From assembly GCF_009914755.1 (NCBI RefSeq), contig NC_060934.1: a stretch of 64,000 nucleotides of DNA; one strand, 5' to 3'. This document shows positions 1 to 15,281 of this stretch, one piece after another. Made by a program: the position numbers and the translations under genes. This DNA comes from the human T2T-CHM13v2.0 reference genome, Homo sapiens. The notes under the pieces were generated by a model. The model searched no databases. It saw nothing but the letters and a program-made list of their open reading frames with translations, and was not told the origin of the DNA. Numbering within the stretch: the first letter of the stretch is position 1; each line of letters opens with the position of its first letter.

Positions 1-930
1 ATCATTTTATAGGTATTGGGAATGCAGAATGATTAAAACTGACAAAGATTTCTGCCCTTGTGGAGCTAATATTCTAGCAGGGGAGACTAAATATAAACAA
101 GACAAAGAAGTGAAATATGTATGACTGATTCTGATGATTCTTAAGAAAGAAAAAATAAAAACAAGCAGATAAAAGGCTGGACAGTGTCAGGACAAGGAGT
201 TGAATTTTTAAACAGGGAGCCAGGGAAGGCCTCACTAAGAACGTAGTATTTTAGTGGAAATTGAAGTTAAGGAACAAGCTCTGTGGATTTTTAAGGGAAA
301 ACTTTCCAGGCATAGGAAAGTTGAAATTCAAGCGCAAGGCAACTGTGACTGGAGCGGAATGAGCAAGGGGAGGAGTTAGATGAGGTCAGAAAGGTTACCA
401 GGACCCAGATCGGGAAGGTCCTTGAAGGTTATAGTAAGGAATTTGGTTTTGAGTGAAGTGGGGAGCCCTTGGAGGGCTTTGAACACAGGAATGACAAAAC
501 TCGGTATTAGAGCTGATTTTTTGAGAAAAGCCAGGTGTGGTTGAGAGGGAGGGTAAAACAATCAGGTAGAAGGCTACTGTAAGGATCTAGAGGAGACACG
601 AGGGCGACCTGAACAAAGATTTCAGCCCTGGTGAACTCCAATCGGATTCTGAATCTATACTGAGAGAGAGTCTGCTGGATTTGTTGAAAGAGCGGATACC
701 GGGTTTGAGAGACAGCAATCAGAGATGAGCCAGGATTTCGACTTCAGTAACTGAAAAGATGTTTTGAACTTCTTAGAATGAGGAAGACCTTGAGAGAAGG
801 AGGTTTGGAGAGGGAAAGTTGAATATAAGGAGCTAATTTTTAGGCATAATAATATCAAGATGCATTTTATGTATTCAGGTGCAGAGGTGGATTTGGCAGA
901 TGGAATACTAAAGTAGGCGGTAAATATCAC
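1..930 (-). mobile_element. LINE-2 (L2) fragments
   Basis: Antisense L2 motifs such as ctgcccttgtggagctaatattctag, agggaaggcctcact and gggagcccttggagggctttgaaca. Confidence 0.65.
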
Positions 931-1589
931 TCAGTTTACATAGATAGATCACATGGAAATTCCAAAGTTAGAATGGTCTAGATTTAAATAGCTAATTCTC
1001 ATTTACAGAAACTTCAACGTGAAACTACAATTCTATAAGCTAACTTGTGCAGCCCTGCTTCCAGAAGAAACAAAGAAACAGAAAAAATCAAAAGGGAGGA
1101 AATATCGCCGGCCCCAGTCTTAAGTGATTCCCATTCGTTGCCTTTCCTGGGCTTGAAGGTGGAGTTTTGAGTAAAACAGCAGCAGTGGTTGCTGGATGCT
1201 TTCTGATGGCTCTACAGTTGCCCTGAAGGAATCTCAATAGGAGTGTTCCTTAAGAATCCTGCTGATGAGCAGCACTCCACCCTCACCATCTTCAACTGAA
1301 ACAGCCTTAGAGGAATTTTTGCTGGTTTATAGATCTTCTGTTTTGACAAAGATAGCTCGTGACATCACTCTGCCAGGCTGAAGGACTTCTATTCTGAGAC
1401 TGGTGACAGCAAGCCAAGAAAGCCAATACTCTAAGTGAATTTAATAGACTCTATTCTCATGCTACTTGGGTTGCTATGGGAACCTTATTAGAAAATACAG
1501 GGACTCTAGATGATCTGCTAAGTTTTTTTTTTTTTTTTTTAAGTAATGTAAGTGGCTTTATCTTCAGGAAAAAAAATAAGTTGTTTTTC

Positions 1590-3590
1590 TAAAATTGTGA
1601 ACATATAGAGAAAAATATAAAAAACCTAAATATGTTGCTTACACATTTGTTATAAAGGACAAATCCGTGTAACCAGACATATCAAGGAAAAGAACGGTGC
1701 TGATTTTTTAAAAGACAGTCACTTGCCCCTTTCTACTCACAGTACTTCCGTTATCTCAAAACCATAACCAAAACAAAAAACAACAAATATCTTATTATGG
1801 TCTTTATTTTCATGCTTGTATTTAGCATTGTATCACCCGAACAAAACTGACTTAGACTGATTTATTGCATATTATATATACATACATAATATACATTCAT
1901 CATGTGAATATAATTTATACATTCTACTGTTCATGAGCCTTTGGTTGTTTCTAGTTTTAGGATATTAGGAATAATTCTACCTTTCTACATTTTAGTAGCC
2001 ATCTTTGTATAAATGTGCTCATTTCTATTTAGCATCGTTGGACCATAAGATATATGTCTCTTCAAATTTAATAGGTACTGCCAGACACTTTTGTGTTGTG
2101 GTTTTGTTGTTTTGTCCTTTGGTTTTCCAACATTGTTAAACCGATTTACATTTCAACTTGAATTGCGTAAGACGTTCTGTTACTCCACATTCTTTTCTGC
2201 ACCTTAAATGGTCCCTAGTTTGTATATTTTGCCATTCTATTTTGTGTGTAGTGATATCTTATTTGTCTCCCCTAAATGAGAATTTGGACAATTTTCGTCT
2301 TTATTTGACATTTGGATAATCTGTTTGTGAAGTATCTGTTAGGTTTCTTATTTTCTGATAGATTTCTTATTTTCTTATTGATTTCTTAGAGTAATTACTT
2401 ATATAACATACAACTTGTAGCTTTACAATAAGTTTGTATTTCTGGTAGATCAAGTAAACCAACATTATACTTTTTCTACAAGTGTGTCCTAGTTATTCTT
2501 GGCAATTTGTATTTCTGTATAATTTTAAAATCAACTCTAGTTATTTTTAAAAAGAAAGAAAAAAATGAACTTGATTTTTATGAAGATTATGTTAAATCTA
2601 TAGATGAGTTTGAAAAGTATTGATAAATATTTACATATTAAATATTCTAATCGGTCTGCTTAAAATACATATTCTTTCTGTGCATGGACATTGTCTACCT
2701 CTTCTGTTTGGGTCCTCTTTAATGTTTTCCAATACAAATTTATAGTTTGAAAAATAAGAATGAAAATAAAATAAAAAATGAAATATTCTAATCTATGCTT
2801 GTGATACAGATTTCTTTATATCTTCTTTCATTTGTTTGTATCTTCTTTCATTTCCCTCAACATATTTTATAGATTTCTGTCTAGAGGTCTCACACATCCT
2901 TGTTAGATTTACCCTTTGACATTTAGTTTTTTTGATGTTATTGTAGATGATATGAATTTTTAAATTTCATTTTATGCTCATTATCGTTACAGAGAAATTC
3001 AGTTGGTTTTTATATATTGAGTTTATAGCTAGCAACCTTGTTACTCTTACTTATTACACATAATAATTCATCTGAAGATATTTTTGGATTGTCTATAAAA
3101 TCATGTCATCTGAACATTAAGATTTTTTTGTTCTCTCTTAAATTTAAATATTTTATTTTTTCTTAATGTCTCTCTGTCTGGGTAGACCATCTTTTACAAT
3201 ATTAATTAAAAGTAGTCATAGCAGGTTTAATTTTCTTATTCCCAATCTCAGAATGAAAGCTTTTAACAATTTACCTTGAATTATGATTTTGCTTAAGGCT
3301 TAGAAGCTATCTGCTATTGCAGTAAGAAAGTTTCCCTTCTATTTCTAGTTATCAAAAAAATTTTAAAAATTATAAATGTATATTGTTTTACTCAATCTAT
3401 TTGTATCATATGATTTATCCTTTAGTTTGTTATTGTAATAGTAAAATTGATTAGTTTTCAAGTGTTAAACCAATTATGCATTCCTGTAATAAATTCAACT
3501 TGGTTGGGATATATTATACCTTTTAAATATTGCTAGATATAAGAGTTCTATTTTTGAAAGATTTTTTAAATTCACGTTTATAATTGTAAT
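1590..3590 (-). mobile_element. Old L1M (L1ME/MC-like), 3' UTR to ORF2 RT region
   Basis: T-rich; cattctactgttcatgagcctttggttgtttctagttt is an L1 3' motif; the reverse complement of 3440-3595 matches the RT segment YRPISL...HHDQVGFIPGMQGWFN. Confidence 0.75.
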
Positions 3591-3776
3591 TTGGGCCTTA
3601 TTTTACCATGAGGAAATAGAGATGTTGAGTACTAGTAGACATTTTTAGGCCTAAAGATGAAAAGTCTTCAGTGTAGCCAAAAAAAAAGGCAAGCGAGAAA
3701 TGAAAGAGGCAAGAGGAAACAACAGACAGGGCACAAGAGATTCAAAGAGAAAACACATAAAAGGATGTTAGAAATA

Positions 3777-4101
3777 GGCCAAGCATGGTGGCTCACGCCT
3801 GTAATCCCAACACTTTGGGAGACCAAGGTGGGAGGATCGCTTGAAGCCCAGGAGTTCAAGACCAGCCTGAGAAATATAGCAAGACACTATCTCTACAAAA
3901 AATTTTAAAAATTAGCCATGAGTGGTGGCACAGGCCTGTGGTACTAGATACTCTGGAGGCTGAGGTGGAAAGATTGCTTGAACCTAGGAGATTGAGGCTG
4001 CAGTGACCTGTGATCATACCACTGCATTTCAGCTTGGATGATAGAGTGATAACCTGTCTCAATAAATAAATAAATAAATAAATAAATAACTAAATAAATA
4101 A
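3777..4101 (+). mobile_element. AluJ with (TAAA)n tail
   Basis: ggccaagcatggtggctcacgcc...gggaggatcgcttgaagcccaggagttc (J-type diagnostic). Confidence 0.92.
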
Positions 4102-4802
4102 AAGTTAAAAATAAATTTAAAAAATAAATCTTCATAATCAATGGACATATGCACATACATACCAGGCAAACAATAACCAGAGTAATGTGTATTATTAATA
4201 TCACATAATATAAAATTAAGGAAAGTTTATTAGAAATAAGTTTCTCTCTAGTTAATAAAATGTTTACCTAACTAGGAAGATAAAAAATTGTGAAGGTATA
4301 TGTACCTCATAACACCACCTCAAAATATATAAAGGTAAAAATATGTGTGTGTATATTCCTATAACTATGAAATTGATAGAATAAAAAACAAACTTAAATA
4401 TTTATAACATAATGGGATATCTTAGGCACCTTTCATAGTGATTGATAGATCAAATAAATAATCAAAAATTTAAAAGATTATGTATGATATGAAGTGTATA
4501 ATTAAGCTTGATGTGATGGTCACATAATGAATGTTATATCTGAAGAACAGATACTGTTTCCAGGAACATATCATTTATACAAATAACAACATTCTAGTGC
4601 ATAACACAGCCTCCACAAATTTCAAAGAGTTGATATTTTGCACAAAATACTAACCACAGTGGAATAAAGTTAAAAATTAATAACAAAAAGGAAGACCAGT
4701 TATGCCTTTTATAATCAGGGATGTTAACATATTTATAGTTAATTCTTAGATCTAGAAGTAATGATAATGGAAATTAGGATATATTTAGAATTAATAGAAG
4801 TG

Positions 4803-5132
<330 letters not shown>

Positions 5133-5829
5133 CTAGGATGAAGCTAATGCCATGTTTACAGGTAAATTTATGAACTTTTCTTATATTAGAAAAGACAAAT
5201 GGCTCAGTGTAATAAACCAAAAATTCCACCAAAAAAGTTAGAAAAAATGAATCATAGTAAACCAAAAAGACAGAAGTAACTGATAAAGAATAGAAGGAAA
5301 AAATGAAATAAAAATTATCAGATAAAGAGAGGATCAGATGAGACAAAAGTTGGTTATTAAAATGTTACCCTATAACAAAACAAAACAAACATCAAGCTCA
5401 GTTGATTTTGGAGATGAGTTCTATAAAACGTACCAGCAACACAATTTCAAGTTATACAATCTCTTTCAGAGAATTGCAAAGAGGAAACATCCCAAAATTT
5501 ATTTTAAATGCATGGCATAACCTTAAAGACAAAATCTGTCAAAAACAGTACAAGTGAGGAAAGAGCAAATTGAACCCAGCAAAGTATAAGGAGATAATAT
5601 CACTTGATCATTATTCCTGTAATGTAATATTTCTTCCATTTTAGCAAATGTACTAGGTGTAAATCACCACATTAAATAATAAAGGAGAAAAAAATGATCA
5701 TTTTGATAGTAACAAAAAATAATTAAATAAGCCTAGCATATATTTTTTTTAGATGAGGAAAAACTGTTAGGCAAAGTTTTACACAATTCCTTTTAAATCA
5801 GTGGGGACCAATAGTTTTAAAAGGGTAAG

Positions 5830-6740
5830 ATTTAAGCTGCTCTACAAATCTACATATAAACCAATTTGTGTCAACATCTCCCATTTTCTTTGTCATCCGT
5901 AATACCAATTTTGGTTCTCAGGTTAATATGTCATTTTTCCTGTTTGAGATTTTTCTCCTGTACGTTCCACTTAGAGTCCTTTAACTTCTCCACTGCCTCT
6001 CACATCTTTTTGTATAAATTTGTATTTTTCCTATTAAGACTCAATTCATCTATTACCTTCACTGAGAAATATTCCCGAGAACCCTTACCCTGAATTGGCA
6101 CAACTATCAGGCTCCATAAGTTTTGCCTCTACAATAATTTTTTTTTTAACTTTAAGTTCTAGGGTGAATGTGCAGAATGTGCAGGTTTGTTAAATAGGTA
6201 CACATGTGCCATGGTGGTTTGCTGCACCCATCAACCCGTCATCTAGGTTTTAAGCCCTGCATGCATTAGGTATTTGTGCTAATGCTCTCCCTCCCCTTGC
6301 CCCCACTGCCCGACAGGCCCTGGTGTGTGATGTTCCCCTCTCTGTGTCCATGCGTTCTTTGTTCAACTCCCACTTATGAGTCAGAACATGCAGTGTTTGG
6401 TTTTCTGTTCTTGTGTTACTTTGCTGAGAATGATGGTGTCTAGCTTCATCCGTGTGCCTGCAAAGGACATGAACTCATTCTTTTTTATGGCTGCATAGTA
6501 TTCCACGGTGTATATGTGCCACATTTTCTTTATCCAGTCTATCATTGATGGGACTAGTTTTATGATTCATTTCTATCATGGCAATTTCTATATGATATTG
6601 CTGTTAATATGTAGATGCTATTCCCACTGAGCTGTGAACTACTCAAGGCAGGGGGTGTGTCACTCATTTCAGACCTCCAGCCCTTAGCACTGTTCCCCAC
6701 ATCCTGAGGGCATCCAATACACCTTTGTCAAATGGGTTGA
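5830..6740 (+). mobile_element. L2 3' fragment split by an L1PA insertion
   Basis: ttaagactcaattcatctattaccttc, and after the L1 ctgtgaactactcaaggcaggg...cccttagcactg. Confidence 0.5.
6138..6552 (-). mobile_element. L1PA (about L1PA7-10), 5'-truncated 3' end
   Basis: Poly-T then actttaagttctaggg...gtgccatggtggtttgctgcacccatcaaccc. Confidence 0.92.
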
Positions 6741-6883
6741 AGAGTTGAGCTTAGAAATTTACATTCTTTGTTCCTGGGAAGGCTAATCATAGAGAAGGCA
6801 TAAACATGAAACATTAAACAAGAGAGTTTAGTCATATTTTAAGATTATCTGAGAAAAAAATGAAAGACAATCCAGCACAATAA

Positions 6884-7194
<311 letters not shown>

Positions 7195-7239
7195 AATAAC
7201 ATTTTATTTCTCATTTTAATGTTGTAAAATAAAGTGAGT

Positions 7240-7430
7240 GACAGCTGGTTTGAGTCACCAGTCTGCTGTTTACTGGCTGGCCTAATGTCATTTCCTTGTT
7301 GGTAAATTATAGATAATTATTTTACTATAGCATTAGGTTGTTGATAGGATCGAATGAAATACTGCAGCTAATGTACTCAATGCAGTGGCTGAGACATGGA
7401 AGTGCCTCTGTGGTCTATGAGTATTATCTT
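7240..7430 (+). mobile_element. MIR
   Basis: Degenerate MIR core and 3' end (ggttgttgataggatcgaatgaaata...cagtggctgagacatgg). Confidence 0.55.
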
Positions 7431-7569
7431 TCCAATCTTGAGAGGTAGTAGAAGGCTACAAAGTGTTGGCGTTTGAGTGGTGTTTAAGAAATGGAGACAA
7501 TTTGAAGAGAAAGTGATTTGGGGGTTTGCAAGTACAGTTTACATGATGAAAGGTAAGAAAAGAATGAGG

Positions 7570-7790
7570 CTGACATTTATTGAGCCTCTTCAACATGTGA
7601 GTTGTTTGACCAGGCATCTTCCTGACATCCTACCAGTTAATGCTCACAACCAGCACCTGATGAGGTCCTACCACACCATTTACTCATGAAAAACTGCTCT
7701 CTGGAAGTTATGAAGCACATGCTGAAGATCACACTTGGTGGAACCAGGCTCCAAGCCTGTCTGATTTTATAGCTACTGAACTTCTTCTGG
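7570..7790 (-). mobile_element. MIR
   Basis: gctgacatttattgagc...aatgctcacaacc...aagatcacac. Confidence 0.55.
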
Positions 7791-8905
7791 AGATGGCTAG
7801 AAAAGGAGGAATCAAGGATCTGTAGAATCTTTCCTGTGCCTGGCAAAGAAGGATGAGGCTGACTGTGAATGAATTTGTGGATATAGATAAATAGCTATTT
7901 TCCATGAAATACCTGTTTATTGTTGTAGGACATCTAAAAGCAGATTTTAATGAGAAGAATGATGTTTTGATTTTCTACATGAAAATAAATGTGAACATTG
8001 ATATATGTAAAATATGTAAGTGAAAACCTTTGCTTTTTGAAAAATTAAAGTCAGTACCTCAAATGTGGCTTATAAGTCAGCAAAACAACCTGAAACTAGA
8101 TTTAATATCATGTTTATTCAACAAATTATATGGTTAGTAATCAGTATGAAAGGTTGTTTCTTCCCAGTGGACTGTAGCAGAAACTAACCTCATTACATTT
8201 GAGAAACCATCATTGCTAGGGACTAGTTGAAATGTCTGTCTCAGAATGGCAAATGGAATTGCATTTTAAAGAAACTTAGAGTCTTTATTGTTTTCATCAC
8301 TAAACCCCATACTCATGATTAGCAGGAGTCATTTGTCAGCTGAAATCATACTGGTTCTTCCATTTTAGTTTGATCCATTTCCATCCATCTGCTCATGAGA
8401 GAAGAAATTCGGTTTGGTGAAGGATGTCTGGAAAATGCGAAGACCACCAACTTGGGAAACTTTTATCATCACGATACACTGTGTATGTCTCTGAACAACA
8501 ACATGGTTTGAATGAAGCAAAATAGAGACTTAAAATGTAACTAAATGTACAATTGTATGAATGTGTAAGTGCTATGGAAGAAGAAGCCTTTAGAAGTTCT
8601 CAATATTTACTGCAGAATTTCAAAATAGTCTTGGATTAAACACCTTTTGAGAAAAAAATAGACGTTCCTAAACCATAATCTAATGCTTGAGAGAACAGAA
8701 TAATTTTCAGTACAAGTAAGTTTAAATGCTAAATGAGATGAGATGGTTAAATGTCCAGATGAAAGGTAAAATACATTGTTCCATCACTGAATTCACAGTA
8801 ACATGCAAAAGATCCATCTTGAATATAACCTGCCCAGTCCCTGAAACAAACCCAAGGCTTCTTTTTTTTTCTGATCTTGATTTCTTGAATGCATAGTGCT
8901 TTTAA

Positions 8906-9278
<373 letters not shown>

Positions 9279-9384
9279 TAAATGATGAGGTGATTAATAG
9301 TAGGTTAAAGATACTGTAATTATATATTGAGTAGGATACTATTAATATATGTTCACTTAGCACTTACTATAAGGAGGAAGACAT

Positions 9385-9740
9385 AATGTAGCCTTACAGC
9401 CCAGCAACTAGGGACCCTTCCAACTTCAGGTCCTCAATCTTGTGCAGCAGACCTGCAGAGTCTCCTTAAAGGGAGGCCAGATGTGCCAGAGAGTCAGTGC
9501 CCCTAGAGCAACCCTCAACCAATGAGAGATAGCAGTTGATAGGTAAGTTCCACAGCCTCTTGCTCCACATTGGGACAACCCTGAGTCTGTCCACACTGGG
9601 GCTGAGCCCTGGTTGCCTACAGTGGTCAGCCACTTATTAATCCATCCTTTATTGGTCTCTCCCTTTTTTAACTCCCAAACCCCCTCACAGTGTTCCTTGG
9701 GATCAATTCCTAAATCCTTCTCTCAGAGTCCAACTAAAAC
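9385..9740 (+). mobile_element. ERVL solo LTR, LTR16 family
   Basis: caaccctcaaccaatgagagat and ctgagccctggttgcctacagtggt are LTR16-type motifs. Confidence 0.6.
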
Positions 9741-10101
9741 GTGGAGGCAAATATGTACCAAATAGAGCTCATGTTCTCCCTTCAAGACCACCCTTCAGGT
9801 GTCAGGAGCCTCACCTGGAGGCTCCCTACCCAGATGGTCTTAAGGTGCTCACAGGGCCAGCTCAGATCACCCTTTCCATGGGTTCTGACTACACAAAAGT
9901 AGATGGTGTGCCACAGTCCATACCCCTAGGCCCAAAATTTGGAATGACCTTGGACATCCAGATTGATTGCATACACATTTGCATGATGCTCTTGTCAAGA
10001 GGAAATCAGAGTGAGAAGGGAAAGGGAGCAGGTTCTGGGCCTGGGCCTCCATTTGCATTCTTGCCTTGGAATTCTGAGACATTAGGTGTGGGGCTGAATA
10101 G

Positions 10102-10414
<313 letters not shown>

Positions 10415-11307
10415 GGAGTTTTTATTTCATTGGTTACACGCAGTGAATTATTGGCAGGTGACCAAATTGTTTTGGTCTTTAACGACTTCATGTGTATAAT
10501 GAGGGATGTATCTAAATTTATTCATAGGGTCCCTACAAGACCATAGGTTCTCATTGTCAAAGTCATAGATAGCCATTCTTCCGCACATAAGGGACACTAA
10601 AAAGTACCCCCTTATTTTCTGGCTGGGATCTCTGAATGCTCACACTGTATGATTTGGTGGGGCTCTCATGCCATCTGTTCTAGGCCTCTATTTACTCTTG
10701 GTTTAAAGAACCTAGAGTCCAAAGGTGCATGAATAATGCAAGTCATATTTTAGATAAAATAATACAGATAACAACTGTACTTAACAGTATGAACAAAATC
10801 ATGCAAACAAAACCAAAATTGATATCTGACCAGGGAGAAAGGACTTAGGAAATATATCAGTACATAAATAGTGAATTTTTATTTGGATGTGTTGCAGGAA
10901 TGTGCGTAGTATTTTTTTCTCTGTGTTTTAACTTTTTCCTACCTGTGCATTTCTTAGAATCAGTAGCTTTGTCAGCATGCACTCAGAGAAACCATGGAAG
11001 CATATTTAGTAATAAAATTGTTATTCTTATAGACAAATATAATCGTTTAGGAACTAGCATGGCCCTTTTATTCTCAAAACTAGCCTCAGTCATTGACGAT
11101 GATTGCTATTTAAAGGTGTAGAGGGAAATATTTGGGGAATTGTCTGCGTATTTCAAAGTACCCTTAAAAATTTAAATCAGACAAACTGGATAAATTAGAC
11201 ATCCTCAAGTACTAATAGGCAGGTCTGCTCTAAGAATAGTAGAAGGTAGAAGAAATTAATGGTTACGAGAGGGGTAGAGGAAATTAAAGTTAATAACTAA
11301 AGATATT

Positions 11308-11712
11308 GCACTAGTTTGTTTTTGCATTGCTATAAAGAAACACCTGAGACTTCGTAATTTATAAAGAAAAGAGGTTTAATTAGCTCACCGTTCTGCAGGC
11401 TGAACAGGAAATGTAGTGACATCTGCTTCTGGGGAGGCCCCAAGAAGCTTCTAATTATGGCAGAAGGCAAAGGGGCAGCAGGCATCTCATATGATGGGAG
11501 CAGGAGCAAGAGAGAGTGGTGTCACACTTTTAAAAGAGATCTCATGAGAAGTCACACAGTATAGCGAGGACATCACTGAGGGAATGGTGCTAAACAATTC
11601 ATGAGGGATCCCCTGCCATGGTCCAATCACCTCCCACCAAGCCCCACCTTCAAAATTGGGGATTACATTTCAACATGAGATTTGGGTGGGGACACGCATC
11701 CAATCTGGATTG
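11308..11712 (-). mobile_element. MaLR solo LTR (MSTA-like)
   Basis: gcattgctataaagaaacacctgagac...aagaggtttaattagctcac...tcacctcccaccaagccccacct. Confidence 0.88.
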
Positions 11713-11984
11713 CATATCCTCATCAAAATGTCAATACTTTTATTTTGATAGTGTTACTATCATTAACTATGTACAGTACTTTATTGTTAACAATTTTTTT
11801 CTCCAGCATAATACTGTTTAGTATGACATTACTGTAAATTATTATAAATGTCTTAAAGATTATTAATTTCAGAATGTATGATGTATTGCCTTTAAAAATG
11901 AACATGGACTTTTTAAACTAATATAGGTATAGGAAGAAATAAAATCTCATTCCTTGACAAATACTAATAAAACTTATTATTGAG

Positions 11985-12215
11985 AATAAAATAAACAGTA
12001 CTTATATTATGTCAGATATTCTGCTAAGTCTTTTGCATGCGTTATTTCATTTTTTAAAATCACAGTGGCCTTATAGGGTTGGTATAATGATCCCCATTTT
12101 ACAAATGAAGAAAATGAGACCCAGACACACTATACAATTTCCCCAGATTCAGTCAGAAAATAAATGGTAGAGCTGAAAATGTACTCACATCCTAAAGGCT
12201 AAAGCCTTTATTATG
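11985..12215 (-). mobile_element. MIR
   Basis: atccccattttacaaatgaagaaaatgagacccaga core. Confidence 0.7.
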
Positions 12216-13532
12216 ATAAAACTCTGTGAGATGACACACATTTTGATGACTGCATTAGTTTAAAGGAAATTTTTTTCATGGATTTTGCCTTCGTTTTGCT
12301 TTGTTTTGCTAGTGAAATTGGTCCTGCTAAGCAGTATAACACAAAATGAGACCTCAGATCTAAAATTCAGAGAGCTCTAAAATCACCAAACTAATCTAAT
12401 AAAAGAAAATACAGATTTTACCGAAATTTAATAGGAGTTAGTTAATATAAATGTTTGAAATAATAAACATCCCCAGAACTATCTAACAGCATGTGTTATA
12501 ATGTCCGTTTGAACTGATTTTAAATGAATAGAATGTTTTTCATTCCCTCCTGTACTGAGAGCGCTTGCCTTTGAGTGTTTTAATATGTCAGGGATCATTT
12601 ATATTCTCAAAAATATATTACATTTATTTGGTTTCATTCTTTATCTTTCAACCGTGTTTTAAATATTTACAATTTCAGCAAATTTGAATTTTTTTTGTCT
12701 TTAAAATGCCTCTCCAAAGGTTTTGAAATCTCTATGTGTTTGTGTGTGTGTATGTATGGCTTTTATTGGCCACTGATCCAAGTCGCTCCAACCTTAGAGA
12801 GGTGGAAAAATGGTGAGAATATGGATTATGAAGGGACAAAAGGATGGAAGCCAAAAAAAATACAATTCATAAAAGGTCCTGGAATCTTTCCTACACAAAT
12901 GCCCAGAGGCCTCCTCATTCTCAGATACTGCTCTCTGCAGGATGAACCTTTCACCTCCACTCCCATCCAGCTCTAGGAGTGATCCTCCAGAAGAATAATG
13001 GGACTTTTAGTGATTCCCTGTAGCCAATAGCCAAGCGGCAGCAGAATGGTACATACAGAACAGGTGAAGATTTCTTAAGCACCAGCAGTGATTAGAACAC
13101 AGTGGGATAAGGTCAAACAGAGCAGCAGATGGCTAAAATTATATGTGAAAGTCGTTTTATAATTGTGAAGAACTTGGTGGTGGTGCACAAATCCACATTC
13201 TGTGTTATTCAGGTACCTAACATCAATCCTCCTGGTTTGGAAGACTTCAGATTTCACAGTTTAGTAATCACCATGCTTTAGCAATGGTACTTGCTTTTAT
13301 TTAGCGGCACTGTAATAAAGATTACTCTTAATTTAAAGTATACCCCTTATATAGTAGCTTTTTCATTTCATTTTAGGTTTTAATATATTTGTTACTGTAG
13401 CTAAATACATAAATGGATAGGTAAATATATAGCTAGATGGATATAACCAACCGAAAGATACATGAGACCATTTTTAGTAACATTATTCTATTATTGCATA
13501 TATTTCATATACTATGTACATCATGGACAACC

Positions 13533-14050
13533 TTGATGATGAGACTCAGGCAATCTGATTAAATATTGGGTTTATTCACAGTTTGTAAATATTGGGTTTA
13601 TTCAAAGTTTGTGAACTCAGGAGGACACAGACTCCAAAAGGAAAGGGTCAGTGCTCCAAAGAGGGAATGTTTGAAGATCATTTAAGCAGGAAAGTTCTGG
13701 GGAAGATTAAAAAGATTACATTATTTTTCCATAGAGGGTTAGTGAATAGTTACAACAATTTGCTTAGTTATATGCAGCATTTCTTTTTTTTTGAAAGGCA
13801 TATTTAACATTCTATATTAAAGAAAGACGTAATAGTCAAGGGGTCTTTTGTCTCAGTCAAGGGGTCTTTTTTTATGTCAGGGCCACGTGGTCTTAGCCAT
13901 AAAAAAGGAAATTCGGAAGGAAGTTAATCTATTTTTGAAAGGTCAGTAATTAAAAGTTCAAGCTGTGTGACTCAGTTTCCAAAGTCAACAATCTTCAGGG
14001 CCTAATAACTTTTAGAAACTCCAAATAGACACACTATCCATTTGCTTTCA
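13533..14050. mobile_element. Probable ERV1-type solo LTR containing two short internal tandem duplications
   Basis: TG...CA bounded ~500 bp; gggtttatt...aggacacagactccaaa pattern; subfamily uncertain. Confidence 0.4.
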
Positions 14051-14143
14051 CATCATCAATTATGTATTTAAAAAGAACTTTGTTTCTGTATACATTATTA
14101 TATGTATTATATATGTGTATATACATATCTGTATACACATGTA

Positions 14144-15281
14144 TAGTTGACCCTTGAACAACATGGGTTTGAACTGTCTCGGTCCATTTACATGCAGTTT
14201 TTTACAATAAATGTATTGGAAAATTTTTTGGAGATCTTTGAGTTTTTGGGTTTGAACTGCATTGATCCATTTATATGCAATTTTTTATAATATATTGGAA
14301 AATATTTTTTGGAGATCTATGAGTCTTTAAAAATTCACAGGTGAACTGTGTAGCCTAGAAATATCAAAAAATTAAGGAAAAGTTAGGCATGTCATGAATA
14401 CATAAAATCTGTGTAGATACTAGCCTATTTCATCATTAACTACCATAAAATATGCACAAATTTACTATAAAAAGTTAAAAGTTGTTAAAACTTACACAAA
14501 CACAGACCATAGGTGGCATCATTTGCAGTCAAGAGACACATAAACAAATGTAAAGATGTAGTATTATGTCTTCACTGCATACCATTCACTATAGCACATA
14601 CTGTAAAACTGTAATAAGTTTGTAGTTGCTTCTTGTTGCTATCGTGGTGAGCCCAAATGTTGAGCGTGTTTGCTTAAAATACGTGTGATACTAATCATCT
14701 CCATGTAAGCATTTTGCCTCTCCAGTAAATTGTATATCCAGTAAAAAGTGATCTCTCTCTCTTGCTGTTCTTATATATTTTTCATTGTGTTTAGTGCAGT
14801 ACCTTAAACCTTGCATAACACCATGGGACCCATACAAAGTTCTGCTAGTGATGCTGGAAGTGCTCCCAAGAAGCAGAGAAAAGTCCTGACATTATAAGAA
14901 AAAGTTAAATTGCTTGATATATACCGTGGATTGAGGCCTGCAGCTGCGGGTGCCTGCCATTTCAGACACAATTCATCTTGTAAACAGATGACATAAACTT
15001 ATGGTATTGATAAATAAAGCACAGTACTTCAAATGTATTTTCTCTTCCTTATGACTTCCTTAAGAACATTTGCTTTTCTCTAGCTTATCTTATTGTAATA
15101 ATACAATATCTGATACATATACCAAATATGTGTTAATCTACTATTTATGTTATCTTAAGGCTTCTGGTCAACATTAGGCTATTAGTAATTAAATTTGATG
15201 GGAGTTAAAAGTTATACCTGAATTTTCAACTGTACAGGGGTCAGATTCCCTATAACTTCCACATTGTCCAAGGCTCGACTG
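14144..15281 (+). mobile_element. Tigger2 deletion derivative (Tigger2b-like), TcMar-Tigger DNA transposon
   Basis: TIRs tagttgacccttgaacaa and ttgtccaaggctcgactg, flanked by TA target duplications. Confidence 0.88.

Noticed and set aside
9805-9825. 8-bp hairpin ggagcctc-acctg-gaggctcc
   Set aside because: Too short for a structured RNA; expected by chance in 64 kb
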